This document shows, in pieces, positions 1 through 9,513 of a stretch of DNA of 64,000 nt (its first letter is position 1; the number at the start of each line of letters is the position of its first letter). The stretch covers positions 11,885 through 75,884 of the forward strand of contig JAGBEE010000042.1 in assembly GCA_017937135.1 (NCBI GenBank). The letters are read 5' to 3'. The notes under the pieces are model-generated. The model was not told where the DNA came from. It saw nothing but the letters and a program-made list of their open reading frames with translations, and searched no databases. The position numbers and the translations under genes were made by a program. Origin of the DNA: Clostridia bacterium (GTDB lineage Bacteria; Bacillota; Clostridia; Oscillospirales; CAG-272).

Positions 1-927
1 ATGGAGCCTGACCATTCAGCAAGCATTGTTCCATTTATCAATGCCTATCCAAATGCTAAAATTGTGGCTACCCAAAAGACCTTTCAAATGATGAAGGGCT
101 TTTTCAAGATGGATTTTTCAGAAAAGCAAATTATTGTAAACGATAAGGATTCTTTAAGCCTTGGAAAGCACGCGCTTACATTTTTTACAGCTCCTATGGT
201 GCATTGGCCGGAGGTGATGGTTAGCTATGATTCCTACGATAAGGTTCTATTCTCTGCTGATGCCTTTGGTAAATTTGGTGCGCTTGATGTAGATGAGGAG
301 TGGGCTTGCGAGGCGAGAAGATATTATTTTGGAATTGTTGGTAAATATGGCTTGCAGGTGCAAGCGCTTCTAAAAAAGGTTGTAGGGCTCAATATTGAAA
401 GGATTTGCCCCTTGCACGGACCTATGCTTGATAATGATTTAAGCTACTATTTTAATTTATACGACACTTGGTCAAGCTATAAATCGGAGGATGATGGTGT
501 TTTGATTGCTTACACCTCTGTTTATGGAAATACGAAGGATGCGGTTTTGCTTCTTGAAAATGAGCTTATTAAAAATGGCTGCGCCAAGGTTGCCTTGGCT
601 GACCTTGCAAGATGTGATATGGCTGAGGCTGTTGAGGATGCATTCAGATATAGCAAAATTGTTTTTGCAACTACAACATACAATATGGATATTTTTCCGT
701 TTATGCGTGAATTTATTTCACATTTGACAGAAAGAAATTTCCAAAATAAAAAGGTTGCTTTTATAGAAAACGGTAGCTGGGCACCCTGTGCAATCAAGGT
801 AATGAGGGGTATGCTTGAAAAAAGCAAAAATCTCGATTTTATCGACACTGAGGTAAGAATTTTATCTGCCTTAAGTGAAGAAAACAAAAAAGAAATCATT
901 GCTCTTGCAAAGGAGCTTTGTAAATAA
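1..927 (+). CDS. fprA: Flavodiiron protein (metallo-beta-lactamase + flavodoxin domains), 5'-truncated by the window edge
   Basis: EPDH, VHWPE, FSADAFG and PLHG diiron motifs; C-terminal flavodoxin YTSVYGNT; adjacent rubredoxin. Confidence 0.92.
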   Translation: MEPDHSASIVPFINAYPNAKIVATQKTFQMMKGFFKMDFSEKQIIVNDKDSLSLGKHALTFFTAPMVHWPEVMVSYDSYDKVLFSADAFGKFGALDVDEEWACEARRYYFGIVGKYGLQVQALLKKVVGLNIERICPLHGPMLDNDLSYYFNLYDTWSSYKSEDDGVLIAYTSVYGNTKDAVLLLENELIKNGCAKVALADLARCDMAEAVEDAFRYSKIVFATTTYNMDIFPFMREFISHLTERNFQNKKVAFIENGSWAPCAIKVMRGMLEKSKNLDFIDTEVRILSALSEENKKEIIALAKELCK

Positions 928-945
928 ATAGCTTGGAGGTATATT

Positions 946-1107
946 ATGAAAAAATACGTTTGTGATGTATGTGGCTGGGAGTACGATGAAGAGCTTGGCG
1001 CTCCAGAATATGGCATTGAACCAGGTACAAAATTTGAGGACCTTCCCGATGATTTTGAATGTCCACTTTGCGGAGTTGGCAAGGACAGCTTTAGCGAGCA
1101 AGATTAA
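946..1107 (+). CDS. Rubredoxin, 53 aa (absent from the ORF track)
   Basis: GGAGGT RBS; manual translation [53 protein letters not shown] with two CxxCG motifs. Confidence 0.96.
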   Translation: MKKYVCDVCGWEYDEELGAPEYGIEPGTKFEDLPDDFECPLCGVGKDSFSEQD

Positions 1108-1111
1108 AATT

Positions 1112-1147
1112 AAAAAGAGGGACAAAACTAACTTTGTCCCTCTTTTT
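1112..1147 (+). terminator. Rho-independent terminator after rubredoxin
   Basis: AAAAAGAGGGACAAA-loop-TTTGTCCCTCTTTTT. Confidence 0.85.
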
Positions 1148-1210
1148 AATATCAGCTAATGCGATAAAAATATTAAGTACTTTTATATAAATTTATTTGT
1201 TATTACATAC

Positions 1211-1239
1211 TTGACAATAAATAATTTGAGATGTATAAT
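1211..1239 (+). promoter_or_regulatory. sigmaA promoter for the GH4 gene
   Basis: TTGACA-17 bp-TATAAT. Confidence 0.8.
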
Positions 1240-1267
1240 TTATTATATAAATTAAAGGGAGCTTCTT

Positions 1268-2653
1268 ATGAAAATCATTAACAAAAAAGCAGAAAATGTA
1301 AAAATAGCATACATCGGTGGTGGCTCTCGTGGTTGGGCTTGGGGTCTTATGAGCGACCTTGCAAAATGCGAGGATATGAGTGGCGATGTATATCTATATG
1401 ATATTGATTATGACGCAGCGTTAGTCAATGAAGCGATTGGAAATAAATATAACGACTGTGATGGTGCCAACTCAAAGTGGTACTATCACGCTGTGAAAAC
1501 TCCTAAGGAAGCGTTGGAGGGAGCAAATTTTGTAGTTATATCGATACTCCCTGGCACTTTTGACGAAATGGAGTCGGATGTACATACACCTGAAAAATAC
1601 GGAATTTATCAGTCTGTAGGCGATACAAGTGGCCCCGGTGGAATTGTAAGAGCTATGCGTACTATTCCTATGTTTGAGGTAATTGCAAATTACATTAAAG
1701 AATACTGCCCTAATGCTTGGGTAATTAACTACACAAATCCTATGACTCTTTGTATTAAAGCTTTATACAGAGTTTTCCCCGAAATTAAGGCATTTGGCTG
1801 TTGCCACGAGGTTTTCGGTACACAAGGGCTCCTTTGCAAGGTTGTTGAGGAATATCTTGGTGAAAAGGCCACAAGAAACGACATTAAGGTTAACCCTGTG
1901 GCTGTAAATCACTTTACTTGGCTTACAAGCGCAACCTATCACGGCATTGACTTGTTCCCTTATTACAAGAAATTTTGTAATAAGCACAGTGACGGAATGG
2001 AAATGCAAACTGATAACAACTGGATGAACAATTTCTTTGTAAGCGCTGATAAGGTTAAGATGGAGCTGTTTAGAAAATTTGGCTATATTGCAGCAGCAGG
2101 CGACAGACATCTTGCTGAATTTTGCCCTGGCAAATGGTATTTGGAAAGTCCTGAAAGAGTAAATGAAATGAAATTTGCCCTCACCCCTGTTTCCTGGCGT
2201 AAGCAGGATTTGAAAAATAGGCTTGAAAGAAGCCGCAGGTTACTAAGTGGCGAGGAGGCTGTTCAAATCAAGGAAACCGGCGAAGAGGGTGTAAATCAAA
2301 TGCGTGCTCTTCTCGGTCTTTGTGATTTAATTACAAACGTAAATATTCCAAACTTGGGTCAAATTCCAAATTTACCACTTGGCGCAGTTGTTGAAACAAA
2401 CGCTATTTTCCGTTCAGACGAGCTAAAGCCTGTTTTTGCTGGAAATATTCCAAATGAAATCTATCCGTTAGTTGCAAAAATTTGCTCCGAGCAGGAGGCT
2501 GTTTCCGATGCTGTTGCAAAGCGTGATTTAGGCGCTATCTTTAATGCATTTGCATCCGACCCACTTGTAACCTGCAGCATAGAGGATGCTAAAAAGCTCT
2601 TTAATGAAATGGTTGAAAATACAAAAGACTACTTAACTGATTATAATTTATAA
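1268..2653 (+). CDS. Family 4 glycoside hydrolase, probably alpha-galacturonidase (LplD-like)
   Basis: IGGGS NAD-binding motif, NYTNP, and CHEV cysteine motif of the alpha-galacturonidase GH4 subgroup. Confidence 0.85.
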   Translation: MKIINKKAENVKIAYIGGGSRGWAWGLMSDLAKCEDMSGDVYLYDIDYDAALVNEAIGNKYNDCDGANSKWYYHAVKTPKEALEGANFVVISILPGTFDEMESDVHTPEKYGIYQSVGDTSGPGGIVRAMRTIPMFEVIANYIKEYCPNAWVINYTNPMTLCIKALYRVFPEIKAFGCCHEVFGTQGLLCKVVEEYLGEKATRNDIKVNPVAVNHFTWLTSATYHGIDLFPYYKKFCNKHSDGMEMQTDNNWMNNFFVSADKVKMELFRKFGYIAAAGDRHLAEFCPGKWYLESPERVNEMKFALTPVSWRKQDLKNRLERSRRLLSGEEAVQIKETGEEGVNQMRALLGLCDLITNVNIPNLGQIPNLPLGAVVETNAIFRSDELKPVFAGNIPNEIYPLVAKICSEQEAVSDAVAKRDLGAIFNAFASDPLVTCSIEDAKKLFNEMVENTKDYLTDYNL

Positions 2654-2673
2654 TCAATTCACTTTTAAATACC

Positions 2674-2708
2674 AAAAGGGGATGTTGCATTAAGCGACAC
2701 CCCCTTTT
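2674..2708. terminator. Bidirectional terminator between the convergent GH genes
   Basis: AAAAGGGGATGTTGC-loop-GCGACACCCCCTTTT. Confidence 0.75.
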
Positions 2709-2713
2709 ATTCA

Positions 2714-4984
2714 TTAAAATATCCAACAAATTTTGTCAAATCCAAATGGCTGTTGCTTGGGTGAGGCTGTTCCTCGCCAGCCACACTCCTCAACGTTTTT
2801 ATCCCAATATGCAACATTGCCAAATATTGGAGCTATGCTTGAATACTGCGTTATTTTTAGGCTGATTCTTTTATTCCATAAGCTTTTATCTATATTAAAA
2901 ATATATGGAGACACAATTTTTTCGCCTAAGATTTTTTCGTTTGCATATATTTGTGTAAACAGCTTAGTTCCATATAGCTCTATTGCTTTAGCGCCATATG
3001 GGACAATGGTGTCGGTTGTAAATTCAACTATGCCATAGTCGCTAATTTCTTCCCCATTTGAATAGGTATCTACTCTTTTACTTAATTTTAGGGTGCAAAT
3101 TTCTGAGCTTTGTGTTTCGCATTTGAAATCACCAATAACTAATACGCTTGGCAAATATTTAAAATCGTTTTTGGAGCTTATAATATTTGCTCCCTTTTTA
3201 AGTAATGTTTTTTCAGAAATTTTATACAATTTCTTCATTCCACTTGGTAGAGTGGATGCTTTTTCTTGGCAAATGATTTTTTTGCCACTTAAAAATGCTT
3301 CTGTATCTTTTCTTATTGCAAATATTACCTCGGTGTCATTTTCGCAATATATTTCTGCGTTAATTTGCGAGTTTACATACATTGTGCGTATTATGTTATC
3401 ATTTTTATAGCCTACATCAAATTTTGACAAAAGCTCTTCTGTTTTGCTTGTGTCGTTCTCAGTTGATGAAAAATGAACTGCGTGTTTATGTAAAAGTACC
3501 CTTTTTCCATCTATAAAATATTCGCCCTCTTCGGCAAATAAATTCAGAACAACAAAGCTTCCATCGTTGAATTTCCTTACAAAAATCCCCTTGGGCGCTT
3601 CCCCCTTTTTATCTGTTACAAGGGGGGACGTGGAAATTGATGATATATCAAATTTTTTGCCATCAAGTACTAATTCCAAATCGTCGTTTAATTCGATTAT
3701 GGGCGCATCTGGACGCTCATCATCAATGAATTTCCATTGTATTTGCTTATAGGTAAGCTCATTTATCAAATTAAACAAAACCGTTAAATCTAAATTTTCA
3801 GTTATATGCTTAGCAGAAACGGAAAACGGATATCGAATATATACATCGGGAGTGTAGTCCTTTTTTGCAAGCAAGGCTGCATTTTGTGCATCCAACGCTA
3901 ACTCCTTCATTCCTGCAAAATCCGGCTGATCTGTGCTGAAATTGCTGAAATAGTCCTTAACGAGCATATTTCCACGCATATCCATATGGGATATTGCAAG
4001 AAAATAATGGTCGATTTTATGGCATGCCGATAAATAAAGCGTTACGCGCCTTTTAGCATAAGACATATCGCATGGACCTAAGGCAAAAAGCTCTGCCATT
4101 GCACCATTTTCACCGCTAGCATATTCGATAACGCCTAAAAGCGCCATTTCTGTTCGGTCATCGAGCTTTGTCTCTATCTCGTCAATGCCGGGCAATAAAA
4201 AGTGTGAGAGGTTTTTTAAAAGCTTGCCATTATGCTTTGTTGTCCAAAATGGCTCGTTATCGCACATTAGGTGACCTGTCATTAAAATTCCATGCTCCTT
4301 GCACCAAGAGCATATCTTATCTATATAACAGGCTCTAAACCTGTTTGAAATTATGGTGATAGCATTCAAGTAAAAGCCTTCATTAAATGAACGCATATCC
4401 TCATTAAAATCGCGTCCACAAAAAGTAAAATAGTCCTCTTCTATACCATCATAATAGGGGATATATTCGTCCTGACAGCAGTATCCTATTGATGGCTCGT
4501 CAGTAAAAATTCCCTTTATTACAGTTCCAAAAGCCTTTTTAAATCTTTTGTAATATTCCTCGTGGGTGCATTTTATAAAGCAGTCAACTGCATCATAGGA
4601 AAGCAAATCGGGGAAAAATTTTTCGCCAAAAAGTCCTGAATTATGGAGTGATTTATAGCTTATTTGCCCAATGCTCTCCCCTTTTGTTGAAATGGCTCTT
4701 AGCCTGTACTCGGGAATAGCTGTAACTCTGCCCCCTGCATCTCCAGATGGCCAATTAAAATCATCATATAGCCAAATGTACATATCAAGCATTCTTGCCG
4801 ATTCTATAAAATTGCCAATTGTGTCAAACCATTCCTCGCTTAAATATTCTATTTCGCAACCAGAGCGTGGATATAGCATAGCTTCATTTATTCCGTTTGC
4901 CTTAAGCGAGCTTAAATATTCATAAATGTCGCTTTTTGTAGGCTTACCTGTAATAGCAGACATCGTAATAAGAGGGCCTCTCAT
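2714..4984 (-). CDS. Glycoside hydrolase, GH106 (alpha-L-rhamnosidase)-like
   Basis: YPRSG, WLYDDFNWPSGDAGG, FTDEP and PGIDEI motifs; start moved to ATG 4984 behind an AAAGGAG RBS. Confidence 0.65.
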   Translation of the reverse strand: MRGPLITMSAITGKPTKSDIYEYLSSLKANGINEAMLYPRSGCEIEYLSEEWFDTIGNFIESARMLDMYIWLYDDFNWPSGDAGGRVTAIPEYRLRAISTKGESIGQISYKSLHNSGLFGEKFFPDLLSYDAVDCFIKCTHEEYYKRFKKAFGTVIKGIFTDEPSIGYCCQDEYIPYYDGIEEDYFTFCGRDFNEDMRSFNEGFYLNAITIISNRFRACYIDKICSWCKEHGILMTGHLMCDNEPFWTTKHNGKLLKNLSHFLLPGIDEIETKLDDRTEMALLGVIEYASGENGAMAELFALGPCDMSYAKRRVTLYLSACHKIDHYFLAISHMDMRGNMLVKDYFSNFSTDQPDFAGMKELALDAQNAALLAKKDYTPDVYIRYPFSVSAKHITENLDLTVLFNLINELTYKQIQWKFIDDERPDAPIIELNDDLELVLDGKKFDISSISTSPLVTDKKGEAPKGIFVRKFNDGSFVVLNLFAEEGEYFIDGKRVLLHKHAVHFSSTENDTSKTEELLSKFDVGYKNDNIIRTMYVNSQINAEIYCENDTEVIFAIRKDTEAFLSGKKIICQEKASTLPSGMKKLYKISEKTLLKKGANIISSKNDFKYLPSVLVIGDFKCETQSSEICTLKLSKRVDTYSNGEEISDYGIVEFTTDTIVPYGAKAIELYGTKLFTQIYANEKILGEKIVSPYIFNIDKSLWNKRISLKITQYSSIAPIFGNVAYWDKNVEECGWRGTASPKQQPFGFDKICWIF

Positions 4985-5141
4985 ATAATCTCCTTTATGA
5001 GCATATAAATTTATACTTATTTTATCATATAAATAATTTTGTGTCAATAAAGGGAGAGGAGTAAAAATGGAAAAATGAAGCTTTATCAAAAGCGAACAGC
5101 AGGGATATAAATAAAAAATTACAAAAAAATGAAAAAAACAC

Positions 5142-5170
5142 TTGACAAGGTAAAATGCTTATGATATAAT
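5142..5170 (+). promoter_or_regulatory. Strong sigmaA promoter for the tRNA pair
   Basis: TTGACA-17 bp-TATAAT with extended -10 TG and upstream A-tracts. Confidence 0.88.
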
Positions 5171-5199
5171 AAGCAAGCATTGAGCGGCAACAAAGAAAT

Positions 5200-5275
5200 G
5201 GCGGAATAGCTCAGTGGCTAGAGCATCCGGTTCATACCCGGCAGGTCATAGGTTCAAATCCCATTTCCGCCACCA
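5200..5275 (+). tRNA. tRNA-Met (CAT), elongator type
   Basis: GGCGGAA/TTCCGCC acceptor stem, CCGG-TTCATAC-CCGG anticodon arm, GGTTCAAATC T-arm, encoded CCA. Confidence 0.93.
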
Positions 5276-5279
5276 TAAT

Positions 5280-5354
5280 GGCCCGTTGGTCAAGCGGTTA
5301 AGACACGGCCCTTTCACGGCTGTAACATGGGTTCGATTCCCGTACGGGTCACCA
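5280..5354 (+). tRNA. tRNA-Glu (TTC)
   Basis: GGCCCGT/ACGGGTC acceptor stem, CTTTCAC anticodon loop, GGTTCGATTCC T-arm, CCA end. Confidence 0.96.
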
Positions 5355-5355
5355 A

Positions 5356-5401
5356 CACAAACAAAAATCGAACACTTTCGGGTGTTCGATTTTTGTTTGT
5401 G
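5356..5401 (+). terminator. Terminator hairpin after the tRNAs
   Basis: 20-bp inverted repeat CACAAACAAAAATCGAACAC/GTGTTCGATTTTTGTTTGTG. Confidence 0.75.
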
Positions 5402-5402
5402 A

Positions 5403-5565
5403 ATGAAGCACACCTGCAGTGCATTAAGACACTTTGTTAATGAAGTCGGCTTCGCCTAATGAAGTCGCTTCGCTAATTATTTTGTGTGCTTCGCTTCATA
5501 CGAACGGAGTGAGTGCTTCATTGTTGCGTAGCAACTGCTTCATATTGACAAAGTCAATGCTTCAT
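5403..5565. repeat. Mirror array A: 4x ATGAAG-type then 4x GCTTCAT with hairpin spacers
   Basis: ATGAAG/ATTAAG at 5403, 5423, 5440, 5459; GCTTCAT at 5493, 5515, 5537, 5559 (22-bp period). Confidence 0.85.
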
Positions 5566-5580
5566 TAAAAGGAGTAATTT

Positions 5581-5928
5581 ATGAAAGACGATAAATTATC
5601 AATACAGTCTATGGATTTTGCTGTATCAATTATTGAGCTTGTAAAAAGCTTAAAGGAAAAGCGAGAGTCTATAATTTCAAATCAAATCGGCAGAAGCGGT
5701 ACAAGCATTGGTGCAAACATTCGTGAAGCTCAATATGCACACGGAAAAGCAGATTTTATCGCAAAGCTTCAAATTGCTCTTAAAGAAGCAAATGAAACAG
5801 GCTATTGGCTTGAATTACTTTTTAGAACAAATTATATTGATGAAAGTACATATAAGTCACTAAACAATGCTTGCACAAGCATTCGTGTAATGCTAATTTC
5901 CTCTATAAATACATCAAAGCAAGGCTGA
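5581..5928 (+). CDS. Four helix bundle protein (23S rRNA IVS protein / bAvd-like family)
   Basis: QIGRSGTSIGANIREA...DFIAKLQIALKEANETGYWLELL family signature; AAAGGAG RBS. Confidence 0.92.
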   Translation: MKDDKLSIQSMDFAVSIIELVKSLKEKRESIISNQIGRSGTSIGANIREAQYAHGKADFIAKLQIALKEANETGYWLELLFRTNYIDESTYKSLNNACTSIRVMLISSINTSKQG

Positions 5929-5946
5929 ATTTTCAACCTTGCTTTT
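5916..5946 (+). terminator. Terminator overlapping the four-helix-bundle stop codon
   Basis: AAAGCAAGGCTGAA-TT-TTCAACCTTGCTTTT. Confidence 0.65.
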
Positions 5947-6265
5947 CTAATATTTCTTTCGCTATTTTGGGGCTGGGTTCGCATTTTTGACCAAGACTGT
6001 TCTCTGCGTCAAGGGGTCCTCAAAACGAAGTATGAGTTTTGGGGTTCACGGGTTGCAAGGATGAGGTCGGGCAAAAATATTCTCTTTAAGAGGCTTTTTG
6101 AATAACACGTGACAAGCAATCTTTTTAAGGAAAGCAATCATTTAAAGACAACTCCTCGTTTATCTTTCTTCATCTAAACTTTTTAGCACGCAAATTTACG
6201 TGCTTTTTGTCAGATTTTCTGCACCAAAAGTATTATCAAAAATATAATAGTAACGGAGGTACATC

Positions 6266-7069
6266 ATGGATAATTTTGTTATAATGGCTTTAATAGCAAC
6301 ATTAGGAACATGGCTTGTTACCGCTTTAGGCGCAGCGTTGGTTGTATTTTTTAAGGCTCCTAATCCTAAAGGTCTAAATGTCATGCTTGGATTTGCCTCT
6401 GGTGTTATGATAGCTGCAAGCTTTTGGTCGCTTTTACAGCCTGCTATTGAGCGCGCAAGGGTGTCTTCAAATATACCTGCATATCTCGTAGCAACAATTG
6501 GCTTTTTGCTTGGCGCTTTATTCATTTGGATATCTGACAAGGCTGTTAATTTGGCAAGAAAAAAAGCAGATATTTCACAAGGGAAGGTCAATGAGCGATT
6601 GCACCGAATTGCAATGCTTGTTCTTTCAATCACACTCCACAATATACCAGAAGGATTAGCTGTAGGCGTTGCATTTGGTGCATTACAGGGTTCCGGATAT
6701 ACGCCAGAGAGCTTAATGGGAGCAATTTCAGTAGCTGTTGGTATCGGCTTGCAGAACTTTCCTGAGGGCGCGGCAGTTTCGGTGCCTCTTAGACGAGAAG
6801 GCTGTTCCAGAAAAAGAAGCTTTTTGCTTGGTCAAGCATCTGGCATGGTAGAGCCGATTGCAGGTGTTGTAGGTGCATTACTCGTTGTCTATGTTGAAGC
6901 AATTTTACCATTTGCCCTATCATTTGCTGCAGGAGCAATGATTTTAGTTGCTGTTCATGAGTTAATTCCAGAGTGCCAAAAAAACCAGAACGAGCAGCCT
7001 TATTTGGCTACTATGGGTATCATACTTGGTTTCGCCGTTATGATGCTATTGGATGTTATGTTAGGTTGA
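6266..7069 (+). CDS. ZIP family metal transporter (ZupT/GufA-like)
   Basis: HNIPEG and QNFPEG motifs, multiple transmembrane helices, GGAGGT RBS. Confidence 0.93.
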   Translation: MDNFVIMALIATLGTWLVTALGAALVVFFKAPNPKGLNVMLGFASGVMIAASFWSLLQPAIERARVSSNIPAYLVATIGFLLGALFIWISDKAVNLARKKADISQGKVNERLHRIAMLVLSITLHNIPEGLAVGVAFGALQGSGYTPESLMGAISVAVGIGLQNFPEGAAVSVPLRREGCSRKRSFLLGQASGMVEPIAGVVGALLVVYVEAILPFALSFAAGAMILVAVHELIPECQKNQNEQPYLATMGIILGFAVMMLLDVMLG

Positions 7070-7153
7070 GCTATTAAAGGGTTAACAGCATAGCATTTTA
7101 AAGTAAGGTCTTGTGCTTTATTTTTACGTAGGTTTTTTGGTTATAATATATAG

Positions 7154-7190
7154 AAAAGGGGCTGTCGCATTGAAGCGACGCCCCTTTTTT
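7154..7190. terminator. Bidirectional terminator / palindromic repeat
   Basis: AAAAGGGGCTGTCGC-loop-GCGACGCCCCTTTTTT. Confidence 0.7.
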
Positions 7191-7406
7191 GGAGGATAGT
7201 GAAATGTGCGCCCAAGGCGAGATTCGTACACGTAGGCGTACTTCGTACGGTAGAGTGCGAGGTCGCGCCTAAAAAATGAAGAGAGCTTGCAACAAAACCG
7301 CAAGCTCTCAACCTTTAAATTTCACTAAAATAATTGTTTATACTTAATTTCAAGAGGAAATGTGTCATTATTTGGTCTAAACTTATTGCAACATCCCCTT
7401 GCTATT

Positions 7407-8105
7407 TTATTTGTTTGCTTTTGCCGTGTCCTCGTTTTCGTCCTCGTCTTCGGTGCGATTTATTATCATATTAAAAAAATTTTTTATCATTGTTCTCTTT
7501 TTTACCTTTGGTGGACTTTCTTTTTTATAATTCTTTAATTGCTCATCTAAAAATTCCTTGCTTTCCTCGGACATATATTCGAGCTGCTCCTCGTCCTCGC
7601 CTTTTATCCTTTTGTAGAAATTATAAACCTTTAATGCACCCTGTGTGTCTGCTTTGATTCCATCTATTAGTAGTGACACGCGTTTTTTTACAAAAATATA
7701 CGCAAGCTCCAAGGCTACCTGTAAAATCCAGCCTATTATCATAAGTGCAACTATGATTAAGGAAATCAAATCGGCTTCCCTTGTGGAAATAAAAAGTGCG
7801 TAAATTGCTATGCCGAGCGAAACCGTTTTTGCTGAGAATTTTATAATTCTATATATTACTTTTACTTTCTTTTTAGTATCCTTGTCCTTCTTACTATCCT
7901 TGTTGTGTGTGACTATGTAAAAACCCAAATATGCTACTGATACTACTAATAAAACTATATTTACTATAAGATTGCCTGTTTTTGCAATTATCGAGTATAA
8001 CGGAAATATTATTGCTAATGCCTGTACTATTATTACAGCGATAAAGGCAACTCTTTTTATGTCGTCAACCATTTTGTTAAAGGCTGCTTTGGTATAATCA
8101 AACAT
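7407..8105 (-). CDS. Hypothetical membrane protein (about 4 TM helices)
   Basis: Hydrophobic segments and charged C-terminal tail; start moved to MFDYTK (8105) behind a purine-rich RBS. Confidence 0.7.
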   Translation of the reverse strand: MFDYTKAAFNKMVDDIKRVAFIAVIIVQALAIIFPLYSIIAKTGNLIVNIVLLVVSVAYLGFYIVTHNKDSKKDKDTKKKVKVIYRIIKFSAKTVSLGIAIYALFISTREADLISLIIVALMIIGWILQVALELAYIFVKKRVSLLIDGIKADTQGALKVYNFYKRIKGEDEEQLEYMSEESKEFLDEQLKNYKKESPPKVKKRTMIKNFFNMIINRTEDEDENEDTAKANK

Positions 8106-8181
8106 TTTAGGTATCCTTTCCTTTATATGTCGTATTTTGTCGTCTATTATTATTTTAGCATATAACAAGCTCAAAAGCAAC

Positions 8182-8210
8182 AAAAAAAGCCACAGGGTGT
8201 GGCTTTTTTT
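8182..8210 (-). terminator. Terminator after the thioesterase gene
   Basis: A7-GCCAC-loop-GTGGC-T7. Confidence 0.75.
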
Positions 8211-8211
8211 A

Positions 8212-8601
8212 CTATTTGTTCAATTTTGAATAGGTTTTTTGCGTGAATTTTTCTGCAAAAATTATAAATCTTTCGTGAGTGCCCTCTCCAATGAGTCCAG
8301 AGTCATCATATGCCTTTACACTAAATACAATGCGTCTGCCATCAACCTCTGTAACCTCAGCCTCAGCCCAAGCCCTCATACCAACAGGTGTTGCGCTTAG
8401 GTGCTTTACGTTCATTAAGGTTCCAACGGTGCTTTGTCCCTCATCAAGCTCGCTTGCAATACACTTGTAGGCGCATTCCTCCATTAAAGCTACCATTCGT
8501 GGTGTAGCCAAAACCTCAAGCTCGCCACTGCCAAAAACCCTTGCTGTATCATTTTTTGTAACAGTTATTTCAATTATATTTTTATTCCCCGTCGTTATCA
8601 T
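8212..8601 (-). CDS. Hot-dog fold thioesterase (FlK-like)
   Basis: GSG...VLATP..VALME, TVG....HL.ATPVG and G.G.HER motifs. Confidence 0.88.
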   Translation of the reverse strand: MITTGNKNIIEITVTKNDTARVFGSGELEVLATPRMVALMEECAYKCIASELDEGQSTVGTLMNVKHLSATPVGMRAWAEAEVTEVDGRRIVFSVKAYDDSGLIGEGTHERFIIFAEKFTQKTYSKLNK

Positions 8602-9202
8602 TTGTAATCTCCTGTTTCTTATATCTGTGCTTTACCATCATCTGTGATAAAAATGCAATTGCCTGAAGTGGAACACCTAAAATAAATATTTGCCAAAAGT
8701 TCTCTTGCGGTACGATAAAGAAAAGCATATGTAAATATACAGCCAATATAGTTGTCCACATTGTAAAGGAAACTAAAATAAATTTTACTATCCAATTAAA
8801 CAAGGATCTACCAGATATGCACACAACCGCGGATGTTAATGGCAATGCCCACATAAATACAATCCAAAAATCAGGTCTGTATAAAAATAAAATAACAGCA
8901 AAAAGCATAATTACCGCGCCAGAAAGCGCGCACATCCATATTCTATATAGCTTAGCGTACTTTGCGCTCTCGTCAATCTTTTCTGCCTCGCACTCCTCAC
9001 CAACAAGGTCATTCATAGTGATACCATAAAATTGGCAAATATCATAAAGCACGTTAAGGTCGGGCAAGGTATCTCCCTTTTCCCAACGAGAAATTGCTTT
9101 GTCGGAGTAATTTAATTTTTCAGCAAGCTCAGCCTGTGTAAGCCCTCGCTGCTTTCGTAATGCGCCGAGATTTTTCGACACAATTGACTTAACATCCTTC
9201 AT
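8582..9202 (-). CDS. XRE-family HTH regulator with C-terminal membrane domain
   Basis: LTQAELAEKLNYSDKAISRWEKG HTH followed by about 4 TM segments. Confidence 0.88.
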   Translation of the reverse strand: MKDVKSIVSKNLGALRKQRGLTQAELAEKLNYSDKAISRWEKGDTLPDLNVLYDICQFYGITMNDLVGEECEAEKIDESAKYAKLYRIWMCALSGAVIMLFAVILFLYRPDFWIVFMWALPLTSAVVCISGRSLFNWIVKFILVSFTMWTTILAVYLHMLFFIVPQENFWQIFILGVPLQAIAFLSQMMVKHRYKKQEITNDNDGE

Positions 9203-9513
9203 AAAGCCTCCTAATCAAAAATATGCGACTAAGTGTCGATAATTTTATTTTCAGTTATCTTTTATGTTTTATTGTTTTATATATTATACTATATTCATAA
9301 GCGAAAATCAAGGGTTTTTTCGCCAATTCTACAATTTGTAGAGTGAAATTCTACTATTTTAAGAATTAAGATTTTTATTTTTAGAATTAAATTTTAAATA
9401 TGTCCTGTACTTTTTAATGCTTTTTTGATATTATTCAATTAAAGATGACGTATTTTGTTGTCTGTATTTCAGCCTTTTTGGCTGCATTTAATGCTTTTGG
9501 AGGTGAATCCTTT

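Noticed and set aside
962-1159. 65-aa ORF
   Set aside because: Alternative frame over the rubredoxin gene (946-1107).
5214-5402. 62-aa ORF
   Set aside because: Overlaps tRNA-Met and tRNA-Glu.
5581-5928. Diversity-generating retroelement (Avd-like gene)
   Set aside because: No reverse transcriptase and no TR/VR pair seen in the window.
7206-7270. Group II intron 5' end (GTGCG)
   Set aside because: Only a 5-nt match; no domain V/VI or RT gene found.
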